Of a stretch of 64,000 nucleotides of DNA, positions 16,831 to 29,455 are shown in pieces. The first letter of the stretch is position 1; every line of letters begins with the position of its first letter. Position numbers and translations under genes: made by a program. This DNA comes from the human T2T-CHM13v2.0 reference genome, Homo sapiens. Where the stretch lies: the NCBI RefSeq assembly GCF_009914755.1, contig NC_060928.1. One strand, given 5' to 3'. The notes under the pieces are model-generated. The model ran no database searches and was not told the DNA's origin. It saw nothing but the letters and a program-made list of their open reading frames with translations.

Positions 16831-16929
16831 CTTACTTTATACTCTGCTGAAGTTTTATATAAATGTTAACAGGAGAAAGGTTACTACCTTTCTACAGGAA
16901 GGTAATGCAGGGCTATAAAGAAGAGGGAG

Positions 16930-17232
<303 letters not shown>

Positions 17233-17794
17233 AAAGAAGAGGGAGGGCGGGAACATATCCAGAAATGTGTTTGTAATCCTACTCTCTAGGACAGATACTT
17301 CTCTAGGGAGAAAGCTATCCCTGTCATGAGGTGTGAGGACAAGGTGCAGAACTCCCCTATCTGCCACTCCATTTGCTGGGTAAGGAAGAAAGCGCCTCTC
17401 TTGGTGGTGAAGATGCCTATATCCTGCAGTCTTTTTTAAAAGCATGGTCAAGCTGTTTTAAAAGCATAGTCAAAACTCTATCATAGAATTGTATTTCATG
17501 TCAAATGAGTCATATTTCCTGTTAAGAATATTTGTGAGTATCTTGGTATTTTGCACTATACAATCAGATTGATTTTTTTTAGGTATATATGAATTTTTAC
17601 AAGGTATAGTGATGATATTGAGTAGTTTTAACAGAGGATTTAAATATTACTGATATCTTAAAAACATTTGTTTTGATAATGGAGGCATATATATTCTTTT
17701 AATAGACCTTAGAACTTTTACTTTTTTGGAAAGCAAAGACATGAACATTTAACTTGGTATAATGTAATAATGTTAGCCAGGAAAAATATTCTTT

Positions 17795-17937
17795 TAAAAA
17801 AGTTAAAAAAAATGTTTTGTAGAGACAGAGTCTCACTGTGTTGCCCAGGTTTGTCTCAAATTCCTGGCCTCGAATGATCCTCGTGCCTCTGCCTCTCTAA
17901 GTGCTGGGATTATAGGTATGAACCATCATGCCTGGCC
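17795..17937 (-). mobile_element. FLAM / Alu left monomer
   Basis: Antisense monomer ending CCTGGCC; flanking AGGAAAAAT...ATTCTT repeats. Confidence 0.8.
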
Positions 17938-18644
17938 GAGGAAAAATAATTATTCTTAACAGTAAAACACAGTGAGGCTAATGATGATAGAAGACATGTT
18001 ATCAAAGGAAAACACTGACTTATGAGGAAAAATGATTAATCAGTTATTGGGACACATGACTTATGAAGGTCACTGTGGCAGTGGAATAAGCCTTTTGGGA
18101 TAAGCACATTTATTTAATCTGTGTCACTCTTTCTCACTTCTCATAGGTCTTTGAGAGCCACCTTAATGCAAAATACATGGGGGTTAGGTTATATTTTTCC
18201 AGTAGAAAACAAAATGTAACAATCATTCTTTCTTCCCTCATTGTCAAAATTCTTCCTGTTTAAGGATCTCAGAATCCTGTAGTTAGCTATGATGATGTAT
18301 TGACTTTATCAGAAATGTGTAACGTGAAATGTGTAAAGGGAAGCAATCTATTTTTAAAAATAAGAGTCTTCATTATGTGGCAACTTTCCAATTATTTTTA
18401 TAGTCATACAGCTATAAATATATGATTGATATATCTAAAACAAATTGAAATAAAATTATAATTCTTTTACTTTTATTAAACTATCTATATCTGTATTTTG
18501 ACTGTAAGTCACCTCAATGCCATTGTTTAAGATGGCCAGAATCTACATTTTTTTTTTTGTTTGGTAGAGATTTCATTTTCCGACAGGAAGCCACATCTGA
18601 TTTTCTTCCATGGTCTAATAATGAGTGTAAAACTAGAAGATGGT

Positions 18645-18800
18645 GCTTTTGTGTTGGTGAACACATCGAGGTGGTGGGAGGGTGGTGCACCCAGAGAAGG
18701 TATGGATGCTTTGTGCACTACCACTTCCTGTACCTTGCCCTATGCATCCCATCTAGGCAGCTGTCCCTGAGTTGTATATCTTTTATGATAAACCAGAAAA
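18645..18800 (+). mobile_element. MER21-like ERV LTR fragment
   Basis: GTTGGTGAACACATCGAGGTGGTGGGAGGGTGGTGCACCCAGAGAAGG...TACCTTGCCCTATGCATC...GCTGTCCCTGAGTTGTAT matches recalled MER21. Confidence 0.7.
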
Positions 18801-18801
18801 C

Positions 18802-19615
18802 TGGATATGACGTGAGATGGTGACACAGTAATAATCTCATCACTTCTGATCATCTGAAGAATGCCCATTGTGGAAGTATCAGACAAAAGCTGAAAAAGTG
18901 CACTGAAAGATTAGTTTGTGCACTGGGCTCATCTTGGTTCACCCGGTCAGTACTACTGGGAGGTGGTTGGGAACATGCAAAGAATGGCATCTGGACATTT
19001 GCAAAAAAAACAAAAAAACAAAAAAAAAAACAAGAAAGGTTACAACTGTTCATAGAACTTGGAATTTGGACTGTCAGTAAGAGAAACAGAAGCTACGTCT
19101 CCACCAAAACAATGCCTGAGACTGCCTTCTGCATGGAACTCCAAATACACAAGAGAGTTTTCCTGGATATAGACATTAGAAACATATCATTTTTCAACAT
19201 TAGCAATGGTGCCGTGGTGTGATCTCGGCTCCCTGCAACCTCCACCTTCTGGGCTTAAGCGATCCACCTCAGCCTCCCGAGTAGCTGGGACTGCAGGCAT
19301 GCACCACCACACTCAGCTAATTTTTAAATGTTCTTTTGTAGAGATGGGTTTCATTATATTGCCCAGGCTGGTCTTGAACTCCTGGGCTCAAGCAATCCTC
19401 CTGCCTTGGCCTCCCAAAGTGCTGCGATTACAGGCGTAAGCTACCAGGCCTGGCCTTCCCACATCTTTGTATTCACTAAAATTTCTGCTTCAGAACCACT
19501 GAGCCCATTCTTTTTGGCTTCAAATCCAAATAATGGTGATTAGGGCACTCTGAGTATACATACTGTGATGCAACTAGGTTCAGTAATCCTTCCAGTATAT
19601 GCTGGGGAAGATCAT
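18802..19615 (+). pseudogene. Decayed RFPL-family (Ret finger protein-like) B30.2/PRY-SPRY domain relic
   Basis: Frame-corrected translation: DMT*DGDT / NNLITSDHLKNAHCGSIRQKLKKCTERLVCALGSSWFT / GQYYWEVV / GTCKEWHLDICK [A-rich expansion 19003-19030] QERLQLFIELGIWTVSKRNRSYVSTKTMPETAFCMELQIHKRVFLDIDIRNISFFNISNG [Alu] SHIFVFTKISASEPLSPFFLASNPNNGD*GTLSIHTVMQLGSVILPVYAGED. It follows the recalled RFPL B30.2 sequence from VDMTLDADTANN through to GSHVYTF..EPLRPFLAPS..NGDQGVLSICP..PVRPGE. Confidence 0.85.
19211..19455 (-). mobile_element. AluJ lacking its 3' end and tail, inserted in the RFPL-like relic
   Basis: Antisense Alu from GCCGTGGTGTGATCTCGG to CCTGGCC; no poly-T and no TSD. Confidence 0.9.
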
Positions 19616-19626
19616 CAAACTGTAAC

Positions 19627-19648
19627 CACACACCCACCCACCCACCCA

Positions 19649-19680
<32 letters not shown>
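19627..19680. repeat. (CACC)n/(CA)15 microsatellite
   Basis: Read directly. Confidence 0.95.
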
Positions 19681-19682
<2 letters not shown>

Positions 19683-20318
19683 GAATATTTGGAAAAGATC
19701 TATTTACTTAAAGAAATATTCACTATGTTGACTCATTAAAAATGCTAAGGGTTAAAATGTATGGAACCTCTTAAAATCATAAGCACACATTTTAATAGTC
19801 TAATATTAATTAGGAAAGATACTACATGTTTAATATTGTATGTTGATAGAAAAGTTTGCTTTGGGGTCTGGGATTTGACTTCTGTATTTGTACCTCTTGA
19901 AATTTCAGATCACATCATAGCATTTTAGTTTGTTCTAAACACTAGCTAGTGCATTACAAAGGTTTTTAACTCATGAAGAGTATTTTATGTCCAAGAATTG
20001 CATGAGTCATTAAAATGAAAGTCTTTACAATACTTAATCTACTATAAGCCAGTAAATAAATTTAAGGTGCAGGAGTGAGAAATTAATATATGGCTATAAG
20101 ATTTTCTCAAAGAAATCTGAAAGACTAGAAATTTCAATATAGTTTTTCTGCTGGTTACAGTCTGCCCTTAATATCTCAATTTCTGCCTAAAAATTGATTT
20201 CAGGTTACACATTCTTATTTCACAAATTTGCTAGAAGAATATGATTTAACAATAGATGTTAATATCTTTTGGTAATAAAAGTGTTTGTAAATGTTTGGCC
20301 TTCTTGTTATTAGTAATA

Positions 20319-21958
<1,640 letters not shown>

Positions 21959-23099
21959 AAACTAACTTTGAAACTTATTATAGCAGGCTTGTTGTGATCA
22001 GGTGAAGTTATATCAGGCCCAAACTTTGTATGTTTGTCTGACTCCAGTTTTGAATTGCATGAAATGACTTAATCTTTCCATTATTCTGCTTAAAAAACAA
22101 TTCAAATTTAGGAATGAGACTCCACAATGAAGCCCCACAGCAACGAAAGTGGTCAGCTTGTTTCTAAATGGAAATCCCCAACTGCCACACCACATCAATC
22201 ATCTGACATATAATCTCACTTCCACTAAGCTGGAATCTACTTTAAACGTCAGGTCTCTGGATGAAGAATTTTAGTTTAGTGGGTTATGTAGCAGAAATGC
22301 CTAAATCCAGAGCACTATTTTAGTGTTGGCAGAAATAGCTTCTCTTCAAATAGCAGGGAAGAAAGAACAAGGATTTTAAGTTCAAAGTTTTTGTCTAAGC
22401 ACATTTTCTAATGTTTCTACCCGTTATCTCATTAAAAAGAATAAAGAAATAGGGGTGGGGATAGAACCACATTCATCTACTTTCATAGAAGGTGCATACT
22501 GGAGTCCTGCAGATACAATTTATTTGATCTATATTTTAAAAATTAGGGAAATGCCACATTAGAAAACAGTTCCAGGTTTTTGGTTCTCTTAAGAAACTGG
22601 AACCTCTGGGCACAGTGTGTGTGCCTATCTTCTTTTGTGGAAAAGTAGGCTGGAGCTGAGAATTGGCTGCTCTCTTTACACAGGCTCTACAGTTTGCCAT
22701 TCCCTACCACTCCTGAATGTTTTACACCCATATTTATTTTGTTGCTTCACCCTGCAGTCGGGAGACTCCTGCAGTTTATGAAATTGATACAACAGGGCTT
22801 TTTTTTTTTTTTTTTTTTTTGGTAGGGGGTGCAAATCTCTTTGATTTGAGGGGAACGCAGTGGTCGCTTTTGCTTCCAAACAGCCTTAAATCTGCCCGTT
22901 TTTCAACGATCTGACCTTACTTTTTCAGGGTGGCCAAAAGCACAAAATTATGAATCAAAGAATGGTCCCCAATTACCACGAGCCAGCTGTGTGACCTTGG
23001 GCGACTCCGTTAAGTTCTTTTAGCCAAGAGTGATGAATGGTCTGCAAAACGGCCTTAATACCTGTTCTGAATACCCCCACATGGCTGTGGTACAGCAGG

Positions 23100-24560
23100 C
23101 GTGAGATGTTTAAAGTACTCCTAAGTAATTTATAAACTGCAAAACGCTTCCCAGCACAAGCGTCCGCTACAGAGCGCGACGACACCGAGCCGGTTTAGAA
23201 GTCCAGTTACTGGAATCCACTCCAGTTCCGTCCTGCTCCCACCTCCTACGCTCAGGGTGGGCGAGCGGAAGGAGACTCTCAAGGGAGAAGGCCTGGAAAA
23301 CTGGCTAAGAAACGAAGCGAGAAGTTCCTCAGCAGGGGTAAAGTTGTTGGCGGCATTTTTAAGCCCCTAGAGTGGCACAGCGACTCCCGGTCGAGATGAC
23401 GGACCCCGGTGCGTGACCAGCGCGGGAGCCAGTCCCGGGCCACCTCCCTGCTTGAAGTCGGGCCTGGCCAGTACCCTCCCGGCGCAACCCCGGACCCGGG
23501 ACCCCCGACTTTGCCCTAGTCCCCAACCCCCACAATCACCTCCCTTGGTCCCCCTCCACGTGACAAGAGCCGGAACCGTCACTTCCGGCGGCGCGGGCAG
23601 CGCGCCTGCGCGGGTCGCCCGGCCTCAGTGAGCGGTTGGCAGCAGCGCCCCCCCCCCCCCCCGCCAACGGCCACGAGTGGCGGGCGGCGCGGGTTCGGCC
23701 GGGGCGGCGGCGGCGCGACGGGCTGCGGTCCTGCGGGTTTGTGGCCTGAGACGTCTAGCCCACTCCCTGGAGGGGCCGGCCGCCCAGCCTCTTTCGCTCT
23801 CTTCCTCTACCCCGGCTCGCGCTCCAGGCGCTTAGTGAGGCGGCGGGACGCCCGGGGCACTGGCGGAGGCGGCGGCGTCGCCCCTGGATTCGGACCCGCC
23901 CCCTCGCGCCCCGCCCCGTCCCCGCCCTCCCCACCGCCCTCTGCGGGAGCCGGGCAGCTGCAGCGGAGCCGCGGAGCGGGCGGCGGGGCCCAGGCTGTGC
24001 GCTTGGGGAGCGCGGAATGTGAGGCTTGGCGGGCCGCAGCACGCTCGGACGGGCCAGGGGCGGCGACCCCTCGCGGACGCCCGGCTGCGCGCCGGGCCGG
24101 GGACTTGCCCTTGCACGCTCCCTGCGCCCTCCAGCTCGCCGGCGGGACCATGAAGAAGTTCTCTCGGATGCCCAAGTCGGAGGGCGGCAGCGGCGGCGGA
24201 GCGGCGGGTGGCGGGGCTGGCGGGGCCGGGGCCGGGGCCGGCTGCGGCTCCGGCGGCTCGTCCGTGGGGGTCCGGGTGTTCGCGGTCGGCCGCCACCAGG
24301 TCACCCTGGAAGAGTCGCTGGCCGAAGGTACGGGCGCCCGGGGAGGACAGGCAGGTGAGGGAGGGTTGGGGTGTGGTGGCGGCGGCTTCTCCGGGTCCTC
24401 GCCCTCCGGACTGACTCTTATACCCCATTCTTCCTCTGCTGCCGGGCCAGCGGGGGCTCCTAAAGAGTGGCTCGGGCTTTCTCTCTTAAGCTGGCTTTTC
24501 TTGCCGCTGGCTGCCCCGGCCGGTGCACAGTTCTCTCATGCCTAGTTTAAATCATTTTCT
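23100..24560. promoter_or_regulatory. BMP2K: CpG island / TATA-less promoter and 5'UTR of BMP2K
   Basis: Very GC- and CpG-rich. E-box CACGTGAC 23557, ETS CCGGAA 23570 and ACTTCCGG 23581, NRF1-like GCGCCTGCGC 23602, C15 tract 23648-23662, tandem GC boxes at about 23895-23938. Confidence 0.9.
24150..24327 (+). CDS. BMP2K: BMP-2-inducible kinase (BIKE, NAK family), coding exon 1
   Basis: GGGACCATG start; MKKFSRMPKSEGGSGGGAAGGGAGGAGAGAGCGSGGSSVGVRVFAVGRHQVTLEESLAEG is the BMP2K N-terminus up to the kinase Gly loop. 178 nt, phase-1 donor AAG|GTACGG. Confidence 0.96.
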
Positions 24561-26679
24561 GTGCTTTTTGACGCGAGAAAATAGGTAGTAGACGGGCTAG
24601 GAAGTGGGTTGGTGTTACGATTGGGCCAGTGACTCATTAGAGGGTCAGATCGAACAGGGTTGAAGCTCCGTTCTGCCAGCTGTGGCTCAGACGGGTGTCA
24701 TGCGTTGGCCTTTTCATCTAAGCCTCCACCCGCGCTGCAGGGCATAGGACCCTGCAGCCCCTGGTGTCAAGCTGGGCTTTGCTGCAGCTCAGTCATCTGT
24801 TGAAAAACAATGTATTTGTGTGCATGTGTGCGTGTTGGAGGTGATCCTTTGCTCTAAATTCAGTTAGTAGGTTGCACTGAGGAGCAGGTAAACTTGGAGC
24901 CCATTTATCTTTGTTATTTAGAATCTTCTCTGTTGGACAAGGTGCTATTCATGCCCTCCCAGTATGTCTCTTTGATAGTAGTTTAAAAGGTGATATAAAA
25001 GCAGGTTAACTTTCACTTAACGAGGTTTTGTGGTCGGTCCTTCATGATCTGGAACAGGTTATGACGGCAGGTAGAAGTCTACTTACAAAAAAAGTTTACT
25101 CCATTTTAAAAGAAGAACTTAGAATTTAGTTTTGTATTTCTGGCATAATTGCCTTGTAGAAAATACTTGCCCTGTGTGCTGCATGCTTCATTGGCCTTTG
25201 AGTTTTTAGTTGCAAAATGATACTACAAAATAAACACTTTAAAAGAAATACTTTTTGTTGATAAATGGCCCTTTTAAGTTCTATGGTTAAGATAAAAAAA
25301 ATCGAAGAGTGGATTCAGTTCTCCGAGCGTTAGACGTTGATGTGGTTTGAAAACAGTAGACTGAGATTCCGCTTGTATTTTTTGAAATGCTATACACAAC
25401 AGTAAATTAGCACAAGGGAAAAAACCTGAAGATTTTTGTATAAAATATTTGAAAGAGAAAGAAATCGTGAATTATTCAAGTGTACATATCATTGTTTCGT
25501 GAACCATTGCTCAGAATAATGATCTTAGCCGAAACTTGGAGAGGTGGGAGAAGGAGGATCCTTAGTTTTTCAGAAGAATGAATATGTGGTGAGTGGTCTT
25601 TATAAAAGATTTACTATACTATAAAGTTTTCTAGCTCTTTATTACACATGAATTTCAATTATTGGTTTAGATTGTGTTGTAGGTTTTAAAAGCACATGGC
25701 TCTTCACTCAAATGCCATATTCTGTCTTTGAATTGTTTTAGTAACTAATTGAAATGTAGCTTGAGTAGTGTTACACTCACTCATTCCACTAAATCCCAGA
25801 TGGGTCTTTTATTTAATAGAAAAAAAATACTGACATTTCACAAATTAGATTTTGAATTTGTAACTTGTATTACTCACTACCCTAAGCATATCTTATCACT
25901 ACCCTAAGCAAGCCATTTTCAATAAAAAAATAATTTTGGAAAGTAATAAAGATGAATTTCAAAAGGAGAGTTCGTTCAACCACAACGAAGAATAAAAGTT
26001 TATTTCAAGCGCTAATGTCACTGTTAGAGTGTTCCACTGACTTTTGCCATAAATGTATCATTTCTCTTGAAAAGTCAATAATCAAATGCTAGGAGGAAGC
26101 AAGGACTGAAGAAATCCTTTTAGAAGATGAAACTTCTCCATCCTACACCCCAGCTTTAATTTCCTAGAAGGGAGGCCAAGGCCTAGGTTTTCTTTCCTTG
26201 TATATTTTTTCTGTCTCCATCACCCACACAACTGGAATTGTCTATGTATAATCAGTTTAATTTTGATCCTGGCCGGTCTTATTTCAGATGCTTAATATCC
26301 CCTCTCCCTTCCTAATAAATAGTGCCACAATTTAGACAAGATGTTTAAGCACAAGTCTAGTTCGCATTTAAGCGTGATTAATCAATAATTGATGGGTCTG
26401 CCTGATCATAAGATTGGGTCATGTACTTGTGAAAATGCATTCAAGTTTAGAGTACTTGATTTGGGGAGAGGGATACCACTGAGTAGGCAAAGCGGTAGAA
26501 GCTAAGATAGACCAAAGCACAGACTTGGTAGATTTTGCATTTTTTGTTTTGGCCCAAAGTTGTTTAAACAGAGCCAGGAAGACTCAGTAGATACTGTGCC
26601 CTGAAGTGTTTTTGCCATGCTCCTGCAAACATTGGTAGTTTACTCATAATGACCTCTGCAGTGTCTTTTTAATAAATCC

Positions 26680-27283
26680 GTCCGTCTCTCTGTTGTTATT
26701 TTTATATAATTAGTTATGTTGCAAAAAGTCACCGTGAAAACTGGATTAGCAAACACTGAACCACTGCTCCTACTATGGTGTTAGATTCCTGAAAGCTGCT
26801 GTTCACAACATTTTTGTCAACTGATCAAGATACAACCTTGTTTTATGTCTGTTGCAGTTTAAATACACCTTATTTAATATATTTGGTTGATTTATTAACA
26901 TTGAAATCATGGCCAACAGCTCTGTAAATCATGCCTCAATGAAGATTATCTCACACTTGTATTTTCTCTGTAGTCTTTGCTCCTTGAACACTAGACAGCA
27001 CTTTAGCACTACGCTTAGGGACTGTTTTCAACAGTGAAATCACCAATAGCAAGCACAAAAATGAGAAAAACATGGCACTAAATAGACCATGAAAAGGACA
27101 CTTGTTTACACTATGTAAGCTGAAACTAGAATGTGCACGTCAGTAGACTCACATTTTTCACCATTGTGCACATGTCTGCAATGACAGTGGAAGTGCTATG
27201 AGTAATGATTTTGGGGATACAAATAAATGTTAGTGAGTAGATGAATTTGTAAATATAGTATCCTCAACTAATGAGGAGCAACC
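26680..27283 (-). mobile_element. MER82-like Tigger DNA transposon
   Basis: The reverse complement of the right end, GTTGCTCCTCATTAGTTGAGGATACTATATTTACAAATTCATCTACT...CCCCAAAATC, matches the recalled MER82 start. Confidence 0.65.
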
Positions 27284-28289
27284 TTTGTTATAGGTAGATA
27301 TGTATATGCACATATTATGTCTATAATTTGAAAAGCAGATTCTCAGGGGTAGGTTGTATGTTATAACTAAACTGTTAAAGTTTTCTCTCTGAAACATTAT
27401 ATACTTTGTATCATAATGTCTTTGTAGTCAAGCACATAAGTGTTTGAAAATAGAACTTGCACCTTTTTAGTTCCTCCTCAAAGTTTAAAGGACTGATAAC
27501 ATAGTGAGGCAGTTCATGTTTTTTTTCTCAAAAACATGTTTAGGAGTCTGTACTAAGCAGATCCCAGCTTTGGTCTGTAGAAATGAGGGAGAGCGGTATG
27601 TTGGTTTTAGCTTCAAACAGTGACAAATTGTCAGGCTCATATAATTAATTCAATGTAACCTTCCAAGTTTTTACTAAAACCTGGGGTTGGCTTGTTGACC
27701 ACATGCATCACCATAACAAGCCTTTGGTGCTAGTCTGAGGAATTTAATACTGATTGATAATAAGTTGGTTTTTGAGTAGGGGACATTGTTTTCCCTAAAT
27801 GTCCTTGGTACAAAATGGACCTAAAATGGGGTGTTGAGACTGGGAGAGCAGAGATAACTTGTTGAGATAATGTAATCACGAGGTTATGGGGGCTGGGTAG
27901 GAATGATAGTGTGAATATGGTGATGTGGGTAAGATTTACTGAGATGGGTGTTGGGGGTTATTGGATTGTTAGTAATTAGAGGCCAGGAATTTACTACAGG
28001 GTTCTTTAAAAATAGCTCAGTATTTCTCTTAGAGTTAAATGCTTAGATAAGCTAAGTATTAGCCAGTTCTCGTTGTTAATTTTTCAGGAAGGTTGTACTA
28101 TACATCTGATTTTGCACTATAAATTAGTAGGGAAATGATAGATTTAAGCATTATATCTCATTTGCAGAAAGCATCTGTGGCTGCCCAGTAACTTGTAAGT
28201 TCACATTCCGAAGAGAAGATAGAGAGGATAGAAAAAAGGGAAGGATCGAATAAAAATATCAACAACTGTTACTACTACACAACTTCATT

Positions 28290-29280
28290 AAATGCCTTTG
28301 GTGTGCTAAGCACTGCTAGGTGCTACTTAACATAGTAGAGGACAATAGTGGAGGTATTCTTCTGGCCTATGAAACTTACAGATTAGTGTGGAAGGTAAAA
28401 GCTAAACAAGCCAACAAAAATCACCAAGTTACTATAGTTAAAATTTTTTATATGTGTCGTGAAGACAATGCTCAGGGTTTTATGAGAGAATTCAGTTTAG
28501 ACTGGGGGGTCAAGGAAGGCCTTTTTGATCTTTTAGCAGAAACCTGAAGGATGAAGAAAGTTAGGTAAAAACAGAGGTGTGAGGTTGGGGTGATTTGAAG
28601 TATGTCATGAAGACTGAAGTCTCTGTGTGAGGGAAGGAAGTTTCAGAAACTGAAATATGCTCAGAGCTGTGGACTACAATGAATGAATCACATGTAAGAG
28701 AGATCCAAGATGATGTTGGCAAGGTGACCAGGGTCCGGGGCTTAGTATACCATGCTGAGGAGTTTAGGTTTTATCTGAAATGCAACAGGAAGCTATTGAA
28801 GGGTTTGAATTGGGGCAGTGACATGCTCTGATTTGTATTTTTACAAGATCATGCTGATTGCTGTATAGAGAGGTATACAAATTATAAGGTTAAAATGATG
28901 ACAGTGGGGATGAAGATGATAATGCTTAAATGGGAAGACCTTGTGGTGGTCATAGGAAGTGTTAGGAATTACTTGCTTATGTATCTCTCAGGTGAAAGTA
29001 CCGTTTGGGAACATAAGGAAGGAACAGATTTTTTTTTTTTTTTTTGAGGTGTTTGGAGGACAGCCAGTAGTTCAGACATGTTTAGAGATGTGTTTGGATG
29101 AGATATCTGAGAGGAAATATCAAATGGGAAGCTGGGTATGTCGTCTGGAACTCAGCAAAGGTGTTTGGGCTTAGAGATGGTACTTCTGATTGATTAGTGA
29201 GCCCTGGCTGTTATTTAAAGCCCTGGGAGAGGATGGATGTAGGGAGAGTGTAGAATGAGAAGGTGCTCATTGAAGGACTC
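28290..29280 (-). mobile_element. LINE-2 fragments
   Basis: GGGGTCAAGGAAGGCCT, GAGTTTAGGTTTTATCTGAAATGCAACAGGAAGCTATTGAAGGGTTT, TGACATGCTCTGATTTG are typical antisense L2. Confidence 0.7.
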
Positions 29281-29289
29281 CTATAGTGC

Positions 29290-29455
29290 ATTGGTCTCAG
29301 ACATTAGTGTTCATTGTAAACATTCAGAGGATTTGGTAAAACAGAAGTGCTGAGCCTGGTCCCCAACTTTTGATTATGTCTGAGTGAGGCCCACTCTTTC
29401 AGTGATACAGATGCTGCCGGTTCAGGAACCACGTCTTGAGTACCGAGTACCACTG
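29290..29455. mobile_element. MER5A-like hAT MITE
   Basis: GATGCTGCCGGTTCAGGAACCAC..TTGAGTA terminus. Confidence 0.55.

Noticed and set aside
23367-24545. Multiple overlapping long ORFs on both strands, including the 305-aa ORF as a stand-alone protein
   Set aside because: Expected from stop-codon scarcity in a CpG island; only 24150-24327 matches a known protein.
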